Source: Isurus oxyrinchus
Lineage: Eukaryota
Direction: 5' to 3'
DNA: 64,000 bases
NCBI GenBank assembly: GCA_026770705.1
Contig: JANJGN010000007.1
Coordinates: 109,306,001 to 109,370,000 of the forward strand
Part shown: in pieces, positions 39,043 to 50,720 of the stretch
Layout of the letters: each line of letters opens with the position of its first letter
Position numbering within the stretch: the stretch's first letter is position 1
The notes under the pieces: generated by a model
The model's input: only the letters and a program-made list of their open reading frames with translations
Told to the model about the DNA's origin: nothing
Databases searched by the model: none
Made by a program: the position numbers and the translations under genes

Positions 39043-39570
39043 GTAAGTTCATTCAATCAACCCAACAGGTGATTGAAGTGTCTAGAATGATTGACATAAT
39101 GAAAGGAACAGATCGCAATCGCGTCAGAACAGTGTACATCGATTTCTTGAAGAGTATTTATCGGTGTCAGTGATTTCTTCAAACCGAGGTCAGAAATAAA
39201 CTTGGCACCGATTACATTGCTGTAAAGAGTACTAATTGGATAAGACGAAAACTGCTTATTTCGGTGAAAATGTACCCATGTAATAACAGTTTATAGATTA
39301 GTTCATTCTTTAGGTTTGAAATTAAAGTTGTCTAAAGCTGCCGTTCATTTACACAATTCTGCAAGGTTATGTTGTAGGATGAATATTAAGTAGTTTAAAT
39401 GTTAGTTATAGTGGTCACCGTGAATTAATATTTGTATTCAGATAAATATATAAGAAATATGGGTTCCGCAATTGATGTCGAGCCTAGGGTAATCAGTTTA
39501 ATGCTTGATTGCCGGTACTAAAACTGATGAAGGGAAATTTGACCAAACATTTTCCTTCTGGCCATTGCAG

Positions 39571-40026
39571 GGAGCAGCCGCTGAGACCGTATATTATGCT
39601 GCTTTAGATTTCAGCAGAGCTGGGGGAAATGCAGGACATAAATGTGAAGAGGGGAGAAGCGTGTAGGTTCAGGTAGGACTCAGTACCAAATGCACAATCA
39701 TAGATGATTAGGGTGACATTCATGAAATAAAGGAAGGCATTTTCTTCTGTTGACTTTGATCGCGTGATGTTTCGAAGGTTATTTGTTGTGTCCTTTTGAT
39801 GGCAATTTTGAGCAACAGTGAACAAATATTGCAAAAAGACAAATTAATATGCCCAAATATTGGCTTAACAGGTCCATCAAAGAGCAGTCGATCACAAGCT
39901 CCAGCATTGACTGGCTCAGTAAAAGCGGGATATAAAACAATAACGAAAAGAAGTACAGAGCACACTAAGCTGAAGACTGAAAAACAAAGAAGTAAAAGAG
40001 GTTATTTACGCAGAAGCAAGAAATAA
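39571..40026 (+). pseudogene. Gene B cytoplasmic tail region with ITIM and degenerate Tyr motifs
   Basis: Acceptor ttccttctggccattgcag|, then GAAAETVYYAALDF (ITIM V-x-Y-x-x-L) and RSV*VQV (TAG where a Tyr would fit). Downstream KLICPNI, STEHTKL and EVIYAEA resemble decayed Tyr motifs. The internal exon structure is unresolved. Confidence 0.6.
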
Positions 40027-41034
40027 ATCAGCAGCAGGCATTTAGATGAAGGACACACTTTTCTCATATGTATTGATCGCATTCCCCTGCCAGAACAATT
40101 TCAGGATATGTGTACGATGTGATACCCGAGCGATAACTCATTACATGATATATCAGATATGGTACTTACTACATGCTGGTCAATTATTCGATGAATTTTC
40201 TTGGAGCTGCTGCTGAGAAAAAAGTGACTTTCTTGAATTACTTTACCATTATATCTTTATTGTACAACTGTTTCGATTACAATGCTATGATAACAGCCTT
40301 GCTCCATTCAATTGTCATCATACGTAAATTGAATAACAATAGATTGTTCGATCACATATGATCACAACGATTCCACACCACCGCGCCTCTTCCACTACCC
40401 CCACCCCACCACCACCCCTCCCCCACCCCCTCCGCTACCCCGCACCCGCCGCATCTCCGCATCTCCATTATTTTGCTGGATTAAGCCTGCGTGGTAATTT
40501 ATGTATCACGTTAACGCTTTGTGACAAGTAAGGGAAGTGACGCTCCTCGTGTGGAACAGGTGAAGCTCCAGTCTACGTTCTCCCCCATTAGCTTTCTGCA
40601 AGTACCTTTTAATTGGCCCGCAAAACATGTCTGTAACGCAGCCACTTGAAATCAAGTAATCTTAAAGAACAGAATGAAGTCATGCCATTGTGCAAGTCCA
40701 GACACTGGGTTAGTGATGGATCTAGTTAGTTCCACAAATATATAAGCAACATGCTACGGATACTGGAAATCTGCAATAAAAACAGAAAAAGTAGAAATAT
40801 TCAGCAGTTCTGGCAACATCTGTTGGGAGAAAAACAGAACCAGTTTACATTTCATCAGAATTGTCCATTAGGTGTTGGCAACCCCACTGAGTATTTCCAA
40901 AATGTTTTTTTTTTATTTCAGTTAGTTCCATTCTCGGGTTCTTTCCCTAAAACCCGGCAATCTTCTCCTTTTCAAGTGCTTGCCCAATTCCATTTTGAGC
41001 ATTCCTGCGAATACTTCCTCAAAGAATCAATGCT

Positions 41035-41918
41035 GTTGCTATTCAGGAGTAGGTACACTTGCAGCCTGCTACTTTCAAAAGAGTTAAATTTAGGACTAGA
41101 GGAGTTGGTGCTTCGAGCAGAGCGACTGAACCACATCTTTATTTAGTTCGAATAAACAATATGCGCTGGTTAATATTTAGCAGCACATTCGTGTAGATAG
41201 GGCTGCATTGTATTTTTTTTATAGAACTATGTAATCGATATGTGTTCCGTGTCCTTTATTCTGTGTGCTGTTTCTGCAAGAATTCTATACGGGAAATGAA
41301 GCAAAATTAGATTTTTTTTAAATCGTGCTGATTTGAATTAATAAAGTCACATTTCTACAAGAATATTTATCCCGTGTGCAGGGGCCCCGCAAAATACGAA
41401 TAAATATGCAACTTCTTTTTGATTACTATGTTTATATTTACTTAGTGTAAGATTTTCTCATCTACTGACAATGCGTTGATTCAAAATGTCTTGTGCATAA
41501 TCACATACAGTGGATCCTTCAAGTGAAAAGCAAACACCTCGGCGCTTCATAACTGTCATATATTCCTTCAGTGCAGTCTCACATGCTATTGTCTTCCATT
41601 CCCTTTTGTGATAGCGATGTGGTGTAGATTGTTTTGATAATTGTTTCACGCTGGTGAATTTCTGTACAGGAAATAAAAAGATCAATGTGTGGGCGTTCTA
41701 TTAGTTCTCATGAAGTGCAAACGATTAGCTGGGTTTTGCAATCTTCTGGTTCTAGCTACACGAATGTGCTGCTAAAAATTATCCAGCACGTATTGTTTAT
41801 TCGAACTAAGTAAAGATGTGGTGCAGTCGCTCTGCTCGAAGCACCAACGTCTCTAGTCCTAAATATAACTCTGTTGAATGTAGCAGACTGCAAATTTACT
41901 TACTCCTGAATAGCAACT
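41035..41918. repeat. Diverged inverted repeat pair (about 41035-41200 and 41753-41918)
   Basis: gttgctattcaggagta...ttggtgcttcgagcagagcgactg...ttagttcgaataaacaata...ttagcagcacattcgtgtag is present in both orientations. Confidence 0.85.
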
Positions 41919-42504
41919 GTAACTTCACATCGCTTGCTTCATTGTAATTATAACAACAGCTACTGTTGTTCCACAGATACCCTGCTTCACATTTGGCATT
42001 GAAGTGTTCCTACCATACTCATGCTAAACTACATGCTCTTCGCCTTAAGGTGTTTGTCCCATTTTTATTCATTCACATTTCATAATTTTGCTTTGTGTTT
42101 TCCTAAATATAGTTCTGTTCTATTGTATTATTCAACTGTACACAATTTTCAGTAGAGTTAAGTTAGTTAAATCTCTGCCTACCAGCAGAAATTTCTCATG
42201 CCCTACGATGTTGTAACATTGATCACATTGATTCATAAATTAAGATCTGGATATTGTCCAAATGTAAAGACAGTTCAGAAATTGAAGCACATTTTATAAA
42301 ATTAATCGATAAGTCTTTCATTTGGTGAGGAGTATTACTTAGCATTCTTTGCCTCACATCGTTTCTTTCATAACCGAACAGGAATTTGGAGGTGATGTGG
42401 GCGCAGATATTGCCAAGAATTTCGAAAGAATCGTCCTACCGCCCTGTTCCAGTCACATCGAGGCATTGAGCAGAGGCAAAAAAAGATAATATCCCGGCGC
42501 TTTC

Positions 42505-44107
42505 ACCGAATCACAGGATGCAGAAGAGGCCAGTCGGCCATTCCAGTCTACTTTGACACGTGAGAAACACCTGACCTACCTACCTAATCCCAATTACCAG
42601 CACGTGGCTCATAGCCCTGAATGTTATGATGTGCTAAGTGCTCATCCAAGTACTTTTAAAAGGATGTGAGGCAACCCGCCTCCACCATCCACCTAGGCAG
42701 TGTATTACAGACCGTCACCACACTCTGAGTAAAGAAAGTTTTTCCTCACATCCCCGCTAAACCTAATGCCCCTCACCTTGAATTTATGTCCCCTTGTGAC
42801 TGACCCTTCAACTGAGGGGAACAGCTGTTCCCTATCCACTCTGTCAATTCCCCTCATAACCTTGTATACCTCGATCAGGTTGCCCCTCAGCCTTCTCTAC
42901 TCCAACGAAAACAAACTAAGCCTATCCAACCTCTCTTCATAATTTAAATGTTTCATCCCAGACAACAGCCTGGTGAATCTCCTCTGCACCCCCTCCAGTG
43001 CAATCACATCCTTCCTATAATGCGGTGACCAGAACTGCACACAGTACTCCAGCTGTGGCCTCACCAAGGTTCTATACAACTCCAACATGACCTCCCTACT
43101 TTTGTCATCTATGCCTCGATTGATAAAGGCAAGTGTCACATATGCCTTTTTCACCACCCCACTAACATGCTCCTCCGCCTTCAGAGATCTATGGACACAC
43201 GCCCAGCTCCCTTTGTTCCTCAGAACTTCCTATTGTCATGCCGTTCATTGAATATTTCTTTGTCAAATTATTCCTTCCAAAGTGTATCACCTCGCAGTTT
43301 TCAGGGTTAAATTTCATCTGTCACTTAGTGACCCATTTGCCATACTGTCTATATCTCCTTGTAGCCCAAGACACTCAACGTCACTGTTGACCACCCGGCC
43401 AATCTTTGAATCATCCGCAAATTTACTAATCCTACCCCCCTCATAGCCATCTATGTTGTTTATATAAATTACAAATAACAGGGGACCGAGCACAGATCCC
43501 CGTGGTACGTCACTGGACACTGGCTTCCAGTGACTAAATCAGCCTTCTGTCATCACCCTCTGCCTCCTACAACTAAGGCAATTTTGAGTCCATCTTATCA
43601 AATTACCCTGTATCCCATGCACATCTGCCTTCTTTACAAATCTCCCATGTGGGACCTTGTCAAGCACTTTGCTGAAATCCGTATAAACTACATCAACTAC
43701 AATATCCTCATCTACACACCAGGTCACCTCCACGAAATAATCAATCAAATTTGTTCGGAATGACCTCGCTCTGACAAAGCCATGCTGACTATCCCAGATC
43801 AAACCTTGCATCTCCAAGTGGAGATAGATTCTCTCCTTCAGAAGTTTTTTTCCAATAGTTTCCCTACAACTGACGTGAGACTCAGTGGCCTGTAGTTCAC
43901 TGGCTTATCTCTACCACCGTTCTTAAATAGGGTAACCACGTTAGCTGTTCTGCAGTCCTCTGGCACATGCCACATGGCCAGAGAGGAATTAAAAATTCGG
44001 GTCACAGCCCATGCGATCTCCTCCCTTGCCTTCCTCAGCAGTCTGGGACACAAATCATCCAGACCTGCATATTTGTCCATTTTTAAGCCTGCCAGCACCT
44101 CCAATAC
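42505..44107 (-). mobile_element. CR1 LINE (same subfamily as 28945-29975)
   Basis: NYRPLSLTSVVGKLLE, SQHGFVRARS, VPRGSVLGPLLF, KFADDSK and LYRTLVRPQLEYCVQFWSP. Confidence 0.9.
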
Positions 44108-47100
44108 CTTTATGTCAAAACACCGCTCTCAGCCAGTATGCAAGCGGCATATCGTTATCACAAAAGGGAATGGCAGATGATAACAGTTGTGGTGATATTT
44201 CCCGTTACCATTTTGAGGGAATATATGACAGTTAAGAAGCATCGAGGTGTTTGCTTTCCCTTTGAAGGACACACTGCATATGATTATATATAAGAGAGCT
44301 CTCCTGTCGTATACATCGAAGAAAATATGCCTATCGAGATAAACATTGTAAATGCATCATGATTGTGGATACTTATTGACAATCTGTCAAACTTCGAATG
44401 TCACTGGGGAGGTTACCTCGACTCTCCGTCTGTTTTAGTATTTTTGTATTTTGTTGCTGCGCTAATGTAATGTTGCAAATAAATGGTTTCATTCTGCGTT
44501 ATAACATCATCAAAGTAAATTTCTGAATTCTATTCGATAATCCACCGAGCGGGCTCACGCAAGATGAGTTGTTTTCTTAATTGCGTGATTTCTATGTAAA
44601 CCAACACTAACCCACGTTATTTTGTCATCACCACTTTTCCAATCAAAAAGGAGTTTACATCGTCGATTCTCGCAGATTATATTTGCAAGACTTGGGTCAG
44701 GAAAAAATAAGCTTTCGGTTACGTAAAGAATATGCCTTCCACCTTTAGAATTGCGATCTCTGATCCCACGCAAGTAATTTTCTTACTGAAATCGGTTTTG
44801 CCGCATAACCCAGACGACAGGAAAAAAGAGTTGTAACTAATTTATTGCGGTATTCCACTTTATATTGATAACATTCGATATAGCGTTGTTGGCCTTTACA
44901 TCTTTAACAGTCAACTGACAATTTGGAAAGTACACTTGTAGCCAGGACCCGTCTGCTTCTGTGGAACTCACACGTGTTGATGAGTACAAAACAAAGACTT
45001 CAAGCGTTCCCACAGAACTGCATTTTTTACATTATTTCTCACTCAATTAGAACGATATCGAATGCCAATGCCGTGAGGCTGGTCAGGGTATGATTTGGAA
45101 TCACATGGCTGGTAAACGGTAAACGGTTATGACTATGAGATCTGGTACAATCACTCACTACGAATCGTTCTGGGTTCAAAAACCTGAAGAGAGATTTACT
45201 TTTCATTGACTCAACAATTTCAGCTCGCCAATGTGTTTTTATGGCAACAGTAATAGCTTTAACAACGAGTTGCACGGTTAAACAGAAATTGTTGTTATTA
45301 TTATTGAAAGCTTTTGTGGGTTTAGTTTAAAAAATAGACGCAAACCAACGCTTTGGTTGCACAACTGCCTTTTATTTGCTCTGTCCATCCTATAAAGGAA
45401 TGTACAGCTCTACGTTCTAACAGCTCTCTGTTAAATCCCTGAAGAAGTCTGCGGACTCAAAATGTTGATTTCGTTTTTCTCTCCACAGATGCTGCCAGAC
45501 CTGCTGGGTTTTCCCAGCATTATTTGTTTTTTTCTCTGTTAGAGTAGATATGCCAGGAAACGACACAGTCTGCAAATTATCTAATGCATTTCATTTATCG
45601 TTATTTTTTCCAAGGCGTGACTTTCACTGACACGGCTGGCATTTATGATGTCACGATTCAGCTATAGGTCAATGACTTTAAAAAACGCATCCCCAAATGA
45701 CCCCAACAGAAAGAATCCGACGGACAACAATTCACTTTTAAAGACTTCGACTGTAGCAATCAAACCAAAATCGACATAATTTTGCGTTTAGCTAACAGGT
45801 GAGTCATTATTCAACCACGAGATACATTTCACTTGAATCTAATGCTCCAAACATCATTTGCACAACTATGACATTGAGAAGAGCCCAAAGTTCCTCCAGG
45901 CTTCCCAGTAGAGTTCCACCGCTCCTCACCACGCCGGCTAACATCTTCCAAGGTCTTCACCAACAGCTCCACTCCCTCCGAGTTTCTAAAATACACAATT
46001 TTCATCGGAATTGCCCTTCCCTAATTGCCCTGAGGATGTTGCCATAAACGGACAACATGAACTGTTATAGTCAGTGTGATTTTAGGTAACGTGTTGCAGG
46101 ATTCTGATCCGTGACCATAAAAGGACGATAAAATATTTTCTAGTCAGGGTACTGTGTGACTTGGAGGGGAACATGGAGTTGGTGGTGCCCGTCCACACGT
46201 GCCCTTGCTCCCATAGGTCGCAGCTCTGGGAGGTGTTGCGGAATTTGCTTTGATGATTTGTCGCACTTCATTTTGAAGCGGGTATGCACTGCAGCCACGT
46301 TGCGCCAGCACTGAAGGGAGTGGATGCTTAATGTGGTGAATCGGATGCCGAATAAGCAGGTTTATTTTCTTCCTGGATGTTGCTGAGCTTGTCATCAATT
46401 GTAAGAACGTGATTAAAATCGGTAAGATTGTATAATCCCACTGTTATTCAAAATAAATAAAGAACGCCATTTCTTCTCACTTTCTCCCCATGAAATTCCA
46501 CAATGAAAGAGAATCTTGTTATGAAATGCAGCAGATGTAGCAGTGTGTGTTATTTTAAACGATCTTATTCTTTGCATTCAGAGATGTGTTCTTAACGCGA
46601 ACGTGCACAGCATGCGTTTTCATTCTATATTTGTGTGAGTTAAGATTTTGAAATAACTTGAAAGGTTTTCAGTGTGGTTTATATTTGGTTGCAACTAGTA
46701 TGTCCTGAACAGTTGCAATGCTGCATTTTGACGATCACGCGGGCTAGAAATATCGGTCTTAACTTGCTGTCATGAAGCCTGAATGCTAATTTCAATTGAA
46801 ACATGAACACACAATTTACTCGACGTCATCATTTTTGAATGCTCTGACCCGCTTGTAATGCGAATAAAGTGATATCTTCAATTTAAGCAACACAGTTAAA
46901 AGCTATAAGCGCTTGGAAATCCTTTAAATGCTTTTGAAGCATGTTCTACATTGTAATGTACGGCCGCGTGGCCGTCAATTTGCACACTTTGATGCCATAT
47001 AAACAGCAATAGGATAATGATCAGATAATTAATGAAAGTGCTAGGAGAACACCGGGGCAATTTCAATTCACATCTTCGAGGAATGCCATGAGCCAATTTG

Positions 47101-47769
47101 TCATTTAATGAATTTATGTATCTCTAGTTTCTCTCCTATCTTCCCTCATGCCCTTGTGCTCATTGTATCTATATGAGACCCAATTCCCTTTCCGTCCACC
47201 CTATTCCCACGAAAATGCTTATCACGCAAACAGTTATCTCTCTTCATATATTGTCCTTCTCATTTAAATCTGCCGTCATCACCCTGTGAGCAACCCGTTT
47301 TTTGGAAAAAGTTGAAAGACATTGAATATTGGACATTCTACCTGCTGTGTTATTTTTAAAAACTTGCAAGGTAAATTAGGGCTATGAATATGCCATTTGT
47401 CAATGAGCCACAGGTCAAGGTACATGTCCAACGGGGAGTGTTGTAAGGGAAGAGATGATTTGTATATCTAACTTAACAAAGAACTTCTGTCCTCGGGTTA
47501 TAGACTCTTGCTGATTGGTTAAAAACACGTTGCCTAAGATAAGTATTCTTTGAACATCTCCGTCTTTTATATTCTCAGATAGAGTCTGTGGGTGTGCCTG
47601 AGAAGCAGACTGCAAGGCAAGTGCTCGCTTTTTCCCTCGCTCTGCCCAGCCTTTGTGTGAATCTTTCGTCAGCAACGTCTCATCATGGTAACTCATCTGT
47701 GTTTTGAGAGTTTGTAAAGTTGTGATCAGTCAGAGTCATCACCGATAGTTTCAACCAAAATATGCCTGC

Positions 47770-48370
47770 GCCGGCTCTCCAAAAGAGCATTATGATCTGG
47801 TACCATTCTCCAGCCTTTTCCCCCTACCTCTGCACATTGTTCTATTCAAATAATCATTGATTGCCTCGATTGTACCTACCTCCACCATACATACAGGCAG
47901 TGCATTCCAGACCAGAACCACTTATTGTGTCAAAAGGTTTTTCACATCACATTTGCTTCTTTTGCAGATCACTTCAAATCTGTACGCTTTCGTTCTTGAT
48001 TCTTTTAAGAGTGGGAACAGTTTCTCCCTATCTACTCTGCGCAGCGTCCACATGATTTTGGAAACTTCTATCAAATCTCCACATAGCCTTCTTGTTACCA
48101 AGGAAAATGTTCCTAACTTCTCCAATCTATCCTCATAGCTGAAGTTCCTCATCCCTGGGACCATTCTCGTCAACCTCTTCTGCACTCTGGCCAAGTTGTT
48201 CACATCCTTCCTATAATATCCTGCTCAGAACTGTACACAATATTCCAGCTGAGGTCTAAGGAGGGTCTTATGTAAATTTAGCACAACCACCCTGCTCTCG
48301 TACTCTGCTTCTATTAATAATGCCAAGAATATTATGTCCTTTACTAACTGTTCTCTCTATCTGTTCTGTG
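47770..48370 (-). mobile_element. CR1 LINE 3' fragment
   Basis: RVQKRLTRMVPGMRNFSYEDRLEKLG...GDLIEVSK. Confidence 0.8.
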
Positions 48371-48409
48371 CAAAAATCTACCCGTCACCTGATTGCTATA
48401 TTCTACAAT

Positions 48410-50720
48410 AGGGAAAATGTTGTTAAGGTCTTGCTGCATGCAGACCCGGGCGTTTCAATAACTGAGAATTTGCAAATGGTACCAAACACTATGTAGTCAT
48501 CAGTGAACATTCCTAATTATGACCTTATGGCTGTGGGAATGTGATTGATTAAGCAGTTGAAGATGGCTGCCCGTTGGTCTCTACCCTGAGGAACTAGTGA
48601 GGTGCTGTACTGAGACTTACATGATTGGGCTCCAACAAGCACATCATTTGTTCCAGATATGATTCCAACCAGCCGAGACTTTCCATATGAATTCCATTGA
48701 CTTCAATTTTCCAAGAGATTTTTGATGTCACACTTGGACAAGTTCTACTTTGGCGTCAGGGGCAGTCGGTCTCACTGAACCTCGGGAATTCAGCACTTTT
48801 GCCCATGTTTGCACCTTGGATGAAATGAGACCTGGGGCCTAGTGTCCCTGGTGGAACCCAAGCTGAGCATCCGTGAGCAGATGATTGCTGATTGAGTGCT
48901 CCATTTGCAAGATGCGCTGCAGCAACTCACCACGACTTGCTGGACATAACCTAACAAACCAAACCCCATTACTATCTAGAAGGACAAGGACAGCAGATGC
49001 ATGGGAACACCACCAACTGCTCGTTCCCCGCCAAGCCACACATCAACCTGACTTGGTACTATATCACCCTTCCTTCCCTGTCGGTAGTTCTAAATACTTG
49101 AACTCCTTCCCTAATAGCAAATGAACTGCTGCGCTTCAAGAAGGTGGCTCATCACCACCCTCTCCAGGGCAACTAGTGATGGGAATTAAATGCTGGCCCT
49201 GCCAGTGACGCTCTCATCCCTTGACCGAACAATTAAAAACACTCCCTGCCACACCTTTCAACAATTATTCTAATGTTTGTGAGTAGATTGATGGGATGGT
49301 TATGCAATTGACCAGTTTTTTTTTTTGTGGACAGTATATATCTGGGTAATTTTCTACATTGTGAGATATATACCAGTGCTCTAGCTTGCTAGAACAGTTT
49401 GGCTTCTAGTGCAGCTAGTTCTCACTACTACAGCTGAGAATTTGGCAGGGCTATGCTGCAACCAATGCATGCTGTTATTTCTCGATATCACGTGGAGTGA
49501 ATCTAATTAGCTGATAAATGATATCTGTGGTGTTTGGGGTCTGAGGGAGCGGCCGAATTGTATCATCCCCTCGGTACTTCATTTCGAAGATAGCTGCAAA
49601 TGCTTAGGTATTTGTCGTGGAGGTGGGGATTGATGGGGATATTTGAGCAGCCTCCTTCTCCGGTTAGTTGCTTACTTGCCCATCAACATTCACGGATGTA
49701 TATAGCAAGAATGCAGAGCTTTGATTGTGGGATCCCTTATCTCATTCGATAACAAATTGTCTCCACTCTTTAAACGCATGTAGTACTACGTTGTAGCTTC
49801 GCCAAGTTAGCACGTGGTGTCGATATAAACTTGGTGCTGCTCCTGGCCTGCACTCCTACATTCCTCCTTGCACCATAATCGGTCGACTGACTTAATGGCA
49901 ATGATAGAGGCAGGGGCATGCCGGGCAATAATGTTACAGGTTGTGGATAAAAAAACTCTGCTGCCTCTGATGGTCTGCAGCACCTCATGGATATTCCATT
50001 TTTATGTAGTAAATCTGTTCTGAAGCCATCCTACTTAGCACGGCTGGTAGTGCCACACAACACAATGGAAGATGTCCTCAGTGTAAGGTTATGACATAAT
50101 CTCTACAAGAACTGTGTGGTGGTAACTCCTATCAATTCTGTAATAGCCAAGTGCACCTGTGACTGCCGGATTGGTGAGGACGAGATCAAGTAGAGTTTCC
50201 TTCTTGGTGGCTCCCTCATCACCTTCTGCGGACGTGGTCTAGCAGATTTGGCCATCAGTACTTGGCTAGTTCTTTCAAATGGAGAGCTAACGAGCCATTC
50301 TCGATGATGGACATTGAAATCTCCTAACAAGAACACATTCTTTGCTCTGTACCCTCAACTCCCCTTCCAGACAGTTTTCAAAAGCAGAAATCAATGACTG
50401 ATCAGTTAAGAGGCGACAGTAGCTTACAATCAGAAGGTGCTTTCCTTAGCCACGTTTGACCAGGTGTCATTACGCTTCATGTGGCAAAGAACCAATGCTG
50501 AGGACTTCTAGCAACATTCTTTGTTGACCATAAATTACTCTGACGCTAGTTCTGGTGGGTCTGTCCTGCTGGTGGGTCAGGGCATGCCCAAGAATAGTAA
50601 TGGAAGGAGCTGGGACATTGACTGTTAGGTATGATTCAGTGATGATGATTATGTAAGGCTCTTTCAGCACTCCCAAATTTGATATAAGTCCATAGGTGTT
50701 AGTGAGAAGGACTTTGAAGA
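48410..50720 (-). mobile_element. LINE (second CR1/L2-group family) with an internal oppositely oriented 3' fragment
   Basis: PYIIIITESYL, LLGDFNVHHREWL and LLTDAQLGFHQGH, plus a plus-strand 3' tail copy at about 48900-49240. Confidence 0.7.

Noticed and set aside
45748-45798. Exon-like segment ending in CAG|gtgagt
   Set aside because: No frame resembles the family or any known peptide, and no partner exons were found.
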